Positions 1 to 9,039 of a stretch of DNA of 41,063 bases are shown here, one piece after another. This stretch comes from Fibrobacteria bacterium (GTDB taxonomy: Bacteria > Fibrobacterota > Fibrobacteria > UBA11236). The DNA lies in contig JBJHDK010000014.1 in assembly GCA_050486505.1 (NCBI GenBank), forward strand, positions 1 through 41,063, given 5' to 3'. A model generated the notes under the pieces. It saw nothing but the letters and a program-made list of their open reading frames with translations, was not told where the DNA came from and searched no databases. Both the position numbers and the translations under genes were made by a program. Each line of letters starts with the position of its first letter. Within the stretch, counting starts at the first letter, position 1.

Positions 1-130
1 CACCATTTCGCACCCCGGCCTTGTTCCGGTCCATAAAGCGGGTCGATTGGCTATTTTCACCATCATGAAAACATCCCCGCAGGCGTTTGAAGGCGGCCGG
101 ACTTCGCATTCCGGAAGACATTCCCCGTGA
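1..130 (+). CDS. 3' end of an upstream gene (partial, function unknown)
   Basis: Frame starting at position 2 is open (TISHPGLVPVHKAGRLAIFTIMK...RHSP*). Its TGA (128-130) overlaps the GTG start of the next gene (GTGA coupling). Confidence 0.5.
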   Translation, partial: TISHPGLVPVHKAGRLAIFTIMKTSPQAFEGGRTSHSGRHSP

Positions 131-1029
131 CAGGCATTCGCGTCGACGCGTGCCGGGAGGATCCCGCCCGCGCCTTGCGGGTGCTTCTCCGCTATTTGCC
201 CCTGGCGCTTTGCGCCCGCGAGATGATGCGCCTGCGTGCGCTTTCCGACAGCGGAATTCTGAGAACCCCGTTGCTTGATGTCGGTTGCGGCGACGGCCTG
301 TTCTGGCAGGCCGTGGGAGAGGACATCCACGGAAACAGCGATCGCCTGAAGGGGCTCGTGGGAATCGACGTCAATCCCCATGAACTGAAGATCGCGAGCC
401 TTCGGTTGCAAAGGGAGGGAGGGGCAATTCGTCGACTCGACATTTCGGGCTCGCCGGATGCGGTGGCGGAACTGGGCGAAACGAGCTATCCGACGATCCT
501 GGCGAATTGTTCGCTCGAGCATGTGCCGCACATCGACCGGGCGTTCCGAAACATGCGAAACCTTCAGGATGAGGGGGGGCGCCTGTACCTCTTTGTTCCC
601 GCCCCGCGCTGGAGCGATACTCTTCCCCTCAAGCGAATGCTGGCCCGGTTGCACCCCAGGTTCGCAACCCTGTATGGGTCGATGTGGGACGGGTTTTTCC
701 AGCATCACCATCTCTACCCACACTACGTCTGGCGCCATCTTCTCGAGTCGAGCGGTTATGAGGTGGAAATGCTGCGCGGCATCGGTTCCGCGAAGGCCAA
801 CCGGCTCTTCGCCCGTTGGGCGGCCCCGTCGTTTCCCGCCTTCCTGTACAAGGAGATCTTCCGGAGGTACCCCTCTTGGTACGCCCCGCTGAAGCGATTG
901 TACGTCCGCTTGTTCGAGCGTGGTTTTCTTGAGGAAATCCGTTCCGGGGCCTGCGTTCATGCCGATCCGGATCACGAGGATGTCGTGGAGTACTACATCG
1001 TTTGCAGAAAATCCGGCGGAATCGCCTGA
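127..1029 (+). CDS. Class I SAM-dependent methyltransferase
   Basis: Motif I LLDVGCGDG, acidic GIDVN, NCSLEHV post-II motif. Confidence 0.85.
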   Translation: MTGIRVDACREDPARALRVLLRYLPLALCAREMMRLRALSDSGILRTPLLDVGCGDGLFWQAVGEDIHGNSDRLKGLVGIDVNPHELKIASLRLQREGGAIRRLDISGSPDAVAELGETSYPTILANCSLEHVPHIDRAFRNMRNLQDEGGRLYLFVPAPRWSDTLPLKRMLARLHPRFATLYGSMWDGFFQHHHLYPHYVWRHLLESSGYEVEMLRGIGSAKANRLFARWAAPSFPAFLYKEIFRRYPSWYAPLKRLYVRLFERGFLEEIRSGACVHADPDHEDVVEYYIVCRKSGGIA

Positions 1030-1649
1030 TGAAACAGGACGATTATTTCAGCAACCATGCCGTCGGGCACCGCTGGCCGTTCTCCATCTACCACGATGCC
1101 ATCGCACGGACAACGCTGGAGTTGATCGAAGGCGCTGGGCAAGATGCCCGTTGCCTGAACGTGGGTTGCGGGTTCTTTCATGCGTATCCCGGCTGGAAGC
1201 ATGTGGGTCGATGGGAAGCATGCGACGTGGACGCCCGCTGCCTCGAGGTCGTCTCCCGCAGGTTTCCCGAAGTCGTCGTTTCACGGTGTGGCAGTGTTCC
1301 GGAGTACCCTGCCGGATCGTTCGATGTCATTGTCTCGACCGAGGTCATCGAACACATCGAAGATCCGCTCCCCTGGCTGCGTCATGTCTTGAGCCTGCTT
1401 CGTCCCGGGGGCGTGGCGGTTTTCTCGACGCCGAATTACAGGTCGTTGCTTCCGGTGGTGGAGTACACCCTCCTGCAGGCGGTTGCGTTGGCAAAGGGCT
1501 TCTCCCGCTTTTCCATTCACCCGAACAAGTATCATCCGGCAAAGCTGCGCGACCACCTGGAGCGCGCGGCACCACCGGGAGCTTCTGTGGTCGTCAGGAA
1601 GTGCGCGTTCTCAATGGCGTTGGTGGGAGCCGTTCGCATCGATTCGTGA
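1029..1649 (+). CDS. Class I SAM-dependent methyltransferase (Methyltransf_11/23-like)
   Basis: LNVGCG, FDVIVSTEVIEH, LRPGG..FSTPN motifs. ATG at 1029 overlaps the upstream TGA (TGATG). Confidence 0.85.
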   Translation: MKQDDYFSNHAVGHRWPFSIYHDAIARTTLELIEGAGQDARCLNVGCGFFHAYPGWKHVGRWEACDVDARCLEVVSRRFPEVVVSRCGSVPEYPAGSFDVIVSTEVIEHIEDPLPWLRHVLSLLRPGGVAVFSTPNYRSLLPVVEYTLLQAVALAKGFSRFSIHPNKYHPAKLRDHLERAAPPGASVVVRKCAFSMALVGAVRIDS

Positions 1650-1680
1650 CGCCATCCGGCGGCGATCGGGGCTTCGTCGC

Positions 1681-4600
1681 TTACGCGGGGGCCTTCGCGC
1701 TCAGCCACACGTTGCCGGGGCCGGCGAGTTCGATCAGCCGGTCGAAGCAGGGCGCCTCGGGGCTGACGAGGTAACGTTCGCTCAGGATTTCGACGGGATC
1801 GGGTCGCGTGGTCTCCACGTGGAATACGAGCTTGCACTCTCCGGGATGCGCCTCGCAGGCCTCGCGGATCCTGTCGAGTTGGTCGGGCTGCAGGCCCGTG
1901 GCGCGGAGGCGCAGGTGCAGGCTCTTCGCGAGCTTTTCGCGTGAACCGGCAAGCGGAAGGACGCGCGCGGCGGTGAGCTTGTGCGTGCGGCGGTCGTCGT
2001 CCCAGCTGAGTGCACCTCGGATGAGGACCATCGAGTCGACCTCGACATCGTGACGCACGCTTTCGAAGACGTCGGACCAGAGTGCGACCTCGACCTTGCC
2101 GGTGAAGTCTTCCAGGTCGGCGAAGGCGAACGCGCGGTTGTCGCGCTGGCTGATGCGTTGCTTGATGCGGGTGATCATGCCGCCCAGGATCACGTTGGTG
2201 CCGTCGGCGATCATGCGCAGGCGCTCCGGATCGAGGGGCGCGGTGGCAAAGCCCTCGAGTTCCGCACGATAGGGTTCGAGCGGATGTCCCGACAGGTAGA
2301 GGCCGAGCACCTCCTTCTCCTTTTCGAGCATCTCGTGATAGGGCCACGGATCGACGTCGGGAAGCGACGGCTCGCTCGATTCCGATGATTCCGTCGATCC
2401 GCCGTCGAAGAGGTTGACCTGCCCGCGTTCGCGGTCGGCCTGCGCCCCGGCGGCCCAGCTCATGGCGGTCTCCACGGCCGCGAACTGCTGCGCGCGATTG
2501 CCGGGGATTTCCAGGGGGAATGCTCCGGCGAGGATCAGGGACTCGAGGGCCCGACGGTTGAGCTGCTGCGAGTCGACGCGCTTGCACAGGTCGAAGAGGG
2601 AGCTGAACGCGCCGTTGCGATCGCGCTCCTCGACGAGCTTTTCGACCGCCTGCAGGCCAACGTTCTTGACCCCGGCGAGGCCGTAGACGATCTTCCCGTC
2701 GCGGGCGCGGAAGGTGGCCTCGCTGCGGTTGATGTCGGGGAAGAGCACTTCGACGCCGAGCTGGCGGCACTCGTTGAGCAGGATGACCAGGCGCGCCGTG
2801 TCCTGCATTTCGGAGTTCATGTTGGCCGCCATGAATTCGGCGGGGTAGTTCGCCTTGAGCCACGCCGTCTGGTAGGCGATGGTGGCGTAGGCCGCCGAGT
2901 GCGATTTGTTGAAGGCGTAGCTGGAGAAGGGAATGAGGATTTCCCAGAGCCGCTCCGCGAGGGCGGGGTCGTAGCCCCGTTCCTTCGCTCCGCCGACGAA
3001 CTTCGGCTTGAGCTCCTTCATCTTCTTCTCGTCCTTCTTGCCCATGGCGCGGCGGAGAAGGTCGGCGCCGCCCAGCGTGAACCCGCCGAGCACCTGCGCC
3101 AGCTGCATCACCTGCTCCTGGTACACGATCACGCCGTAGGTTTCGCGCAGGATGGGTTCGAGGTCCTTGTGGTAGTAGTCGGGCTTTTCGTGCCCGCGCT
3201 TGCGCGCGATATACTGCGGGATGAACTCCATCGGCCCCGGCCGGTAGAGCGCGTTCATCGCGATCAGGTCCTCGAGACAGGTCGGCTGCAGCTTGCGCAG
3301 GTAGTCCTGCATGCCTCCCGATTCGAACTGGAACACCCCGACGGTGTGCCCTCGCCCCAGCATCGCGAAGGTCTTTTCGTCCTCGGCGGGGAGCTTGAGG
3401 GGATCGATGTCGACGCCGTGGTTGCGTTTCACCTGCGCGATGCAGTCCTGGATCACGGAGAGGTTGCGCAGCCCGAGGAAGTCCATCTTCAGCAGGCCGA
3501 TGGCCTCCGAGTAGCGCATGTCGTACTGGATCATCACCTGGTCAGAGCCCTGTTGCCGGAACAGCGGTGCGAAGTTCACGACGGCCTTGGGCGCGATGAT
3601 CACGGCGGCGGCGTGCATGCCCGCCTGGCGCACCAGTCCCTCGAGGCTGAGCGCGTGGCGCCAGAGTTGCGCATACTGCTCTCCGCCCGCCGCGACGGCC
3701 TGCATGACCTCGGAAATGTCGGACGCATAGGTGTTTTCGCGCTTCTTGTCCTCGGGAGGGCGGACGAGCCCTTTCGCAAGGGGGGGGATGAACTTGTTGA
3801 GGCGTTCGACGTCCTTGTGGTCGATACCGAGCACGCGGGCCACGTCCTTGAGCACGGCCTTGGCCTTGAGGCGTCCGTAGGTCACGATCTGCGCGACCGA
3901 CTCGGTGCCGTACTTGTCCACCACGTACTGGATCACTTCCTGGCGTCCCGAGTCGGAGAAGTCGGTGTCGATATCGGGCATCGACACGCGCTCGGGGTTG
4001 AGGAAGCGCTCGAAGAGCAGGCTGTAGCGCACGGGGTCGACGTCGGTGATGCCGATCGCGTAGCACACCAGCGAGCCCACCGCCGAGCCGCGGCCGGGCC
4101 CCACGGGAATCCCGCGCTCCTTGGCGGCATTGATGAAGTCCTGCACGATAAGCATGTACCCGGCCACCTTCATGTTGCGCATCACCTCGAGCTCGTAGCG
4201 CAGCCGCTCCATGAGTTCAGGGGGGGGCTCGCCACCGACGCGCGCGCGCAGGCCCTCCTCCGAGAGGTGCGCGAGATAGGTGTCCGCGTCGGCGAACTCC
4301 GGGGGGATGGGAAACTGCGGGTGGTAGAGGGTCCCGAAGGGGATCTCCACGTTGCAGGCTTCGGCGATGCGGACGGTGTTCTCCAGCGCGCCGGGGTATT
4401 GGCCGAGTAATGCGGCCATCTCCTCGCCTCCGCGCAGGTGGTATTGCTCGCTCGGAAAGCGCGGTCGGTCGGGATCGTTCAGGCGGGCGTTGACCTCGAT
4501 GCACAGCACGATGCCGTGGGCTTCGGCTTCCGATTGTTCGACATAGTGGACGTCGTTGCAGGCGACGAGGTTCCAGCCTTCATCCTTGTGCAGCTTCAGG

Positions 4601-5178
4601 AAGAACTTGTTGACCGTGCGTTCATCCTCGACGCCGTGGTCCTGCACGACGAGAAAGACATGGTCGCGGCCCCCCAGCGCAGTGAGGAATGCAAGGAACT
4701 CCCCCGCCTTTTCCTCCTGTCCCCGCAGGCAATGCTGCCCGGGTTCGCTTTCGAGGTTGGGCACGAGGAAGAACAGTCCTTCACCGTGCTTCTCCAACGC
4801 TTCGCGGTCGATGCGGGGCTTTTGGCAGAAGCCTTCGAGATGGCCGATGGAGCACAGCGCCATGAGGTTGCGGTATCCGGTGTCGTTCTCCGCGAGCACG
4901 ACGAGGCGCGACCACGGGCGTTCGCCGGGGGCATAGCTGGTGTTGGCGCGCGCGTCGGGGGCGACGAAGAGCTCGCAGCCGATGATCGGTTTCAGACCCG
5001 CCTTTTGGGCGCCGGTGTAGAATTCGAGCACCCCGAACATGTTTCCGAGGTCGGTCAGGGCAAGCGCGCTCTGGCCGAGGTCCTGGGCTTTTTTGATGAG
5101 TTTGGGGATGCGTGCGGTGGCCCGGAGCATCGAGTACTCCGAGTGGACCTGGAGGTGGACGAAACCGGGGGCAGACAT
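1681..5178 (-). CDS. dnaE: DNA polymerase III subunit alpha
   Basis: 1165 aa; N-terminal PHP domain, GPGRGSAVGSL, FERFLNPERVSMPDIDTDF catalytic motif, KMDFLGL, YAFNKSH, C-terminal OB fold. Confidence 0.98.
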   Translation of the reverse strand: MSAPGFVHLQVHSEYSMLRATARIPKLIKKAQDLGQSALALTDLGNMFGVLEFYTGAQKAGLKPIIGCELFVAPDARANTSYAPGERPWSRLVVLAENDTGYRNLMALCSIGHLEGFCQKPRIDREALEKHGEGLFFLVPNLESEPGQHCLRGQEEKAGEFLAFLTALGGRDHVFLVVQDHGVEDERTVNKFFLKLHKDEGWNLVACNDVHYVEQSEAEAHGIVLCIEVNARLNDPDRPRFPSEQYHLRGGEEMAALLGQYPGALENTVRIAEACNVEIPFGTLYHPQFPIPPEFADADTYLAHLSEEGLRARVGGEPPPELMERLRYELEVMRNMKVAGYMLIVQDFINAAKERGIPVGPGRGSAVGSLVCYAIGITDVDPVRYSLLFERFLNPERVSMPDIDTDFSDSGRQEVIQYVVDKYGTESVAQIVTYGRLKAKAVLKDVARVLGIDHKDVERLNKFIPPLAKGLVRPPEDKKRENTYASDISEVMQAVAAGGEQYAQLWRHALSLEGLVRQAGMHAAAVIIAPKAVVNFAPLFRQQGSDQVMIQYDMRYSEAIGLLKMDFLGLRNLSVIQDCIAQVKRNHGVDIDPLKLPAEDEKTFAMLGRGHTVGVFQFESGGMQDYLRKLQPTCLEDLIAMNALYRPGPMEFIPQYIARKRGHEKPDYYHKDLEPILRETYGVIVYQEQVMQLAQVLGGFTLGGADLLRRAMGKKDEKKMKELKPKFVGGAKERGYDPALAERLWEILIPFSSYAFNKSHSAAYATIAYQTAWLKANYPAEFMAANMNSEMQDTARLVILLNECRQLGVEVLFPDINRSEATFRARDGKIVYGLAGVKNVGLQAVEKLVEERDRNGAFSSLFDLCKRVDSQQLNRRALESLILAGAFPLEIPGNRAQQFAAVETAMSWAAGAQADRERGQVNLFDGGSTESSESSEPSLPDVDPWPYHEMLEKEKEVLGLYLSGHPLEPYRAELEGFATAPLDPERLRMIADGTNVILGGMITRIKQRISQRDNRAFAFADLEDFTGKVEVALWSDVFESVRHDVEVDSMVLIRGALSWDDDRRTHKLTAARVLPLAGSREKLAKSLHLRLRATGLQPDQLDRIREACEAHPGECKLVFHVETTRPDPVEILSERYLVSPEAPCFDRLIELAGPGNVWLSAKAPA

Positions 5179-5216
5179 GGGAAATTTCGTGTGCAGGAGG
5201 GGTTGGGACGGACGCC

Positions 5217-5245
5217 AACCTAGCTTCCGGCGGGGGGGTGCTCAA
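5217..5245 (-). promoter_or_regulatory. Putative sigma70-type promoter for dnaE
   Basis: Minus strand reads TTGAGC-N17-TAGGTT, about 40 nt upstream of the dnaE ATG. Confidence 0.4.
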
Positions 5246-5337
5246 GCTGCAAAAAGGGAGGAAATGGGGGCTTCTTCGGGGGTGTTTCCGTGGAGGGCCC
5301 CCGCTGTGGCCCCTCGGAGATTCCGGGGGCGGGCGGC

Positions 5338-6609
5338 CTACTTCAACGCGTCCGGAATCCGCTCGAACTGCAGCACGTGGTCGAGGGTCTGCCGCTCGCG
5401 GATGACGGCATCCTTGCCGCCGGAGATCAGGACCTCCGGGGCGAGGCGGCGCGTGTTGTAGTTGCTCGACATGGAGGCGCCGTAGGCGCCCGCATCGTGC
5501 AGCACGAGATAATCGCCGACCTTGGCCTCGGGCAGGCGACGCGTGACCACCACGCCGCCTTCCTCCTGCGTGAACACGTCGCCCGACTCGCACAGGGGAC
5601 CCGCGACGACGACATCGTGCTCCGCAGCGGGAGTGCGCCCGTCGGCGGTGCAGATGGAGATTTCGTGGTACGAGCCGTACATGGCCGGCCGCGCCAACGT
5701 GTCGAAGCCCGCATCCACGAGATAGAACAGGTTGCCGTCGACGCGCTTCACGGAGCGGATCTGTGTGATGAGCGCGCAGGACTCGGCGACGAGATAGCGG
5801 CCGGGTTCCACCTCGAGACGCACGGAGCGGCCCGCGGCGCGCTCGATCTCCTTGCGCGCGTCGTCCCACACCTTGAAATAGGCGGCGGTGTCGATGCGCG
5901 CCTGGTTCTTGCGGTAGGGGATGGGCAACCCGCCCCCGGCGCTGATGACTTCCAGGTCGGAGCCCATGGCCTTGGCGGCGCGCACCATCGCGCCGCTCAC
6001 CTGGGAGAGGTGCTCGAAGTCGGCTCCCGAGCCGATGTGCATGTGCAAGCCGTGGATCTTCACGCCCGCCTCGCGCCCGAGACGCAGGCATTCCTCGAGT
6101 TGGGTGTGCCAGATGCCGTGCTTCGACCACTCGCCGCCGGTGTTGGTCTTGCGCGAGTGCCCGTGCCCGAAACCCGGGTTGAGCCGCAAGATGACGGGGG
6201 CCCCGGGGTAAAATTCCCCGAGCTGGGTGATCATGTCGGGGGAACCCACGTTCACGGGGATGCGGTGGCGACGAATCGCCTCGACCGCGTCGGCGTCGAA
6301 CAGGTCCGCGGTGAACACGATCTCCGGGGGATGATCCGGTGAAGGGGCGTCGACGCGGAACCCGGCCCGCAGGGCGCGCTCGATTTCCCCGGCGGAGACG
6401 GCATCGACGACCACGCCGAGCTTGCGCATGAGGGAGAGCAGGGCGATGTTGGAGGATGCCTTCTGGGCGTAGCGGATGACCTCGAAGGCCTTGAGCTCGG
6501 AAACGCGCTGTTCGATGACTTCGCGGTCATAAACGAAGACGGGGGTACCGTGGCGCTCGGCCAGTTCAGGGACGGGAATTCCGGAAAATCGTTGCAAAAG
6601 ATGCTCCAT
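5338..6609 (-). CDS. lysA: Diaminopimelate decarboxylase
   Basis: GTPVFVYD, PLP-lysine motif RYAQKA, HMHIGS, EPGRYLVAE, GPLCESGD, GAYGASMSSNYN. Start placed at ATG 6609 (MEHLLQRF); the 48-aa upstream extension is Pro/Arg-rich and probably not real. Confidence 0.95.
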   Translation of the reverse strand: MEHLLQRFSGIPVPELAERHGTPVFVYDREVIEQRVSELKAFEVIRYAQKASSNIALLSLMRKLGVVVDAVSAGEIERALRAGFRVDAPSPDHPPEIVFTADLFDADAVEAIRRHRIPVNVGSPDMITQLGEFYPGAPVILRLNPGFGHGHSRKTNTGGEWSKHGIWHTQLEECLRLGREAGVKIHGLHMHIGSGADFEHLSQVSGAMVRAAKAMGSDLEVISAGGGLPIPYRKNQARIDTAAYFKVWDDARKEIERAAGRSVRLEVEPGRYLVAESCALITQIRSVKRVDGNLFYLVDAGFDTLARPAMYGSYHEISICTADGRTPAAEHDVVVAGPLCESGDVFTQEEGGVVVTRRLPEAKVGDYLVLHDAGAYGASMSSNYNTRRLAPEVLISGGKDAVIRERQTLDHVLQFERIPDALK

Positions 6610-6749
6610 GCGGGGCTTTCGGGGTGGGGGCCGAAAGGTACTACCGGGGCGCCTGCGGGCGTAGGGTCGAGGCTCCCGCGCGCCGCGCCGCACGGGTTTC
6701 GAGGGGCGTGCGGGGTGTGCGGGACGCGCGGGTCGGGTGTCCGGGGCGC

Positions 6750-7538
6750 TCATGCCCCGGCCATGCGGCGCAGTTCGTCCGGGTCGAGCACGAGCACGTC
6801 ATTCCCGCACAGGGCGATCCAACCGGACTCCTCCCAGCGGACGAGCAGGCGCGATACGGTTTCCCGCGCCATGCCCGCGATCTCGGAGATGCGCCGTCGC
6901 GTGGGGGGGCGCTTGAGCAGCAGGCACCGGCGTCCGGTCTCGTCGCGATGCAGCACGCCATGTTCCTCGATCAAATCGGTGAGGGCGAGCGCGAGCCGGC
7001 GCGGAGCCCTTTGGTTGCAGATCCCGGCGACCCGGCGGTGCAGTTGGCGTTGCAGGTGTGCCATGCCGCCGAGCAGGCCCATCGCCAGCCCCGGCCATCG
7101 GTGCATGGCCTCGACCAGATCCTCGCGTCGCCATTCCATGAGGCGCACCGCGGTGACGGCGCGTGCGGTCGCGCCGCAACTTGTTTCGTCGAACACGGGG
7201 ATTTCCCCCACCATGTCGCCGGGGCCAAGCGTGCGGATCAGCCGCTCGTCGCCTTCGCCGTTGCCCCAGGCAAGCACGGCGTCCCCCTCGACGAGCACCC
7301 CCAATGCCTCGGCCGTTTGCCCGTCCTCCTCGTTGCGCTGTGGCGCCAGCGAGGAACCCTTGGCCACGCGTCGTTCGCTTCCATAGGCGATGAAGCGGGC
7401 GAGTTCGGAGTCGTTGAGCGTTGAAAAAAGGTCCATGTCGCGCAGGGCGTCGAAGTTGCGTGGCGCCTCCTGTGGCGCCACGGGCGGTGCGGCGGTGCGG
7501 AGGTTTCGGGAGTCGGTGCGGCTCCAGGGGCGGTGCAT
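6750..7538 (-). CDS. Crp/Fnr-family transcriptional regulator
   Basis: cNMP-binding-like region (LGPGDMVGE) and C-terminal HTH (TRRRISEIAGMARETVSRLL). Start codon uncertain (7577, 7538 or 7436). Confidence 0.85.
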   Translation of the reverse strand: MHRPWSRTDSRNLRTAAPPVAPQEAPRNFDALRDMDLFSTLNDSELARFIAYGSERRVAKGSSLAPQRNEEDGQTAEALGVLVEGDAVLAWGNGEGDERLIRTLGPGDMVGEIPVFDETSCGATARAVTAVRLMEWRREDLVEAMHRWPGLAMGLLGGMAHLQRQLHRRVAGICNQRAPRRLALALTDLIEEHGVLHRDETGRRCLLLKRPPTRRRISEIAGMARETVSRLLVRWEESGWIALCGNDVLVLDPDELRRMAGA

Positions 7539-7658
7539 TGAGCGTGGAGCGTGACGGGAGGAAAGGCGCTGGATCACGGGAACCTCGTCGGATCATCCGG
7601 CGGTATTGCCGGAACGGATCTTGGACGATTCCGGGGCGCGCGAATGCAACCGTTCGGG

Positions 7659-8978
7659 TTATTTCCCGATGCAGAACCCGGCGAAGAGCCTGTGCAACAC
7701 GTCGTCGGCGGTGACGTCGCCGAGCAGTTCGCGCAGGGCGGTGCAGGCTTCGCGGATCTCGAAGGCGAGGATCTCGACGGCGGGCGCGCCGTGCTTTCCG
7801 GAGAGATGCGCCTCGGCGGCGAGGAGGCGGTCGCGGGCCTTTTCGAGCGCGGCGTGTTGGCGCGCGGTGGCGACCACGACGCCTTCGCCCGCATCCGTCA
7901 CGGGACGCAGGCGCTTCTCCAATGCGTCGAGCAGCGCATCGAGGCCCTCGCCGGTGCGGCTCGAAACGGCGAAGAATCCCTCGCGTGCGGCGAAGCCGGG
8001 GAGATCGCGCTTGGTGAGCACACGCAGGTCGGCGTCGCGCGCGAGAACCTCATCCACCGCGCCCGTGCCGTCCGCAACGTAGACGCGCAGGTCGGCTTCG
8101 CCGATCTGCGCGCGGGCGCGCTCCATGGCGAGCGCATCCAGCGCATCGGCGGGGAGGCCGATGCCGGCGGTGTCGACGAGGTGCGCGATGCCGCCGGCGA
8201 GGCGCAGGGGCACGTCGACGAAGTCGCGCGTGGTGCCCGCGATGTCGGAGACGAGCAGGCGGTCGCGCCCGGTGAGCGCGTTGATCAGGCTCGATTTTCC
8301 CGCGTTGGGAGCCCCGAACACCGCGGCGCGGGCCGCGCGGTTCCAATCCTTGCCGCGCTCGTACCCCGCCAGGAGGCGCTCGACCTCACGGCGAACCCCC
8401 GTCACACGCGGGAGCCACGACACGTAGTCGGGATCCGCCTCTTCCTCGGCGAAGTCGGCGTCGAGCTCGACGCGCGCGGAGAGGTCGAGAAGCTGGTCGC
8501 GCAGACCGCGCAGTTGTTCAGACAGTTCTCCCGAAAGCATGCGGCGCGCGTTGTCGAGCGCGGCGCGCGATTGCGCGTGCACGAGTTCGCCCACGGCCTC
8601 CGCCTGCACAAGGTCGATGCGGCCGTTCTCGAAGGCGCGACGCGTGAACTCGCCGGGCTCCGCCGCGCGCACGCCGGGATGCCGCAGCAGCACGCGCAGC
8701 AACGCTTCGAGGATGAGGGGGTTGCCGTGCGGAAAGATCTCGAGCACATCCTCGCCGGTGGGCGAGGCGGGCCCGGGAAGCAGATGGAAGGCGAGCGCGT
8801 CGAGCACCCGGCCGTTCTCCGGGTCGCGGAACGAAGCGGTGTGCAACATGCGGGGCTTGCAGGTCGACCGGCCGAGGCAGTCGCGCGCCACGTCGGCGCA
8901 GGCCGGGCCCGAAAGGCGGATCACCGCGAGTCCGGAGACGCCCGGTGGCGTCGAGAGTGCGACGATCGTCTCGGTCAT
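7659..8978 (-). CDS. mnmE: tRNA modification GTPase MnmE
   Basis: TIVALSTPPG, EPGEFTRRAFENGRIDLVQAE, G1 GAPNAGKSS, GTTRD, DTAG, C-terminal FCIGK. Confidence 0.97.
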   Translation of the reverse strand: MTETIVALSTPPGVSGLAVIRLSGPACADVARDCLGRSTCKPRMLHTASFRDPENGRVLDALAFHLLPGPASPTGEDVLEIFPHGNPLILEALLRVLLRHPGVRAAEPGEFTRRAFENGRIDLVQAEAVGELVHAQSRAALDNARRMLSGELSEQLRGLRDQLLDLSARVELDADFAEEEADPDYVSWLPRVTGVRREVERLLAGYERGKDWNRAARAAVFGAPNAGKSSLINALTGRDRLLVSDIAGTTRDFVDVPLRLAGGIAHLVDTAGIGLPADALDALAMERARAQIGEADLRVYVADGTGAVDEVLARDADLRVLTKRDLPGFAAREGFFAVSSRTGEGLDALLDALEKRLRPVTDAGEGVVVATARQHAALEKARDRLLAAEAHLSGKHGAPAVEILAFEIREACTALRELLGDVTADDVLHRLFAGFCIGK

Positions 8979-9011
8979 GTCAATCCCGTCATGCGTCCGG
9001 CGGTCGGGAGC

Positions 9012-9039
9012 GTTGGGGCGACCGGCGGGTCGCCCTTAC
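9012..9039 (-). repeat. GTAR-type REP-like palindrome (GTAAGGGCGACC-N4-GGTCGCCC)
   Basis: gggcgacc/ggtcgccc stem, near-identical to the copy at 36576-36600. Its GTAA end contains the yidC stop codon. Confidence 0.7.

Noticed and set aside
2899..4410. 503-aa plus-strand ORF and similar long overlapping ORFs (e.g. 13071-14648, 34300-36108, 39655-41052)
   Set aside because: Antisense shadows of well-supported genes, expected from GC-rich codon bias.
6610..6749. Lysine riboswitch upstream of lysA
   Set aside because: Only 140 nt and lacks recognisable L-box conserved segments; just a small CTTTCGG/CCGAAAG hairpin. An Rfam search would settle it.
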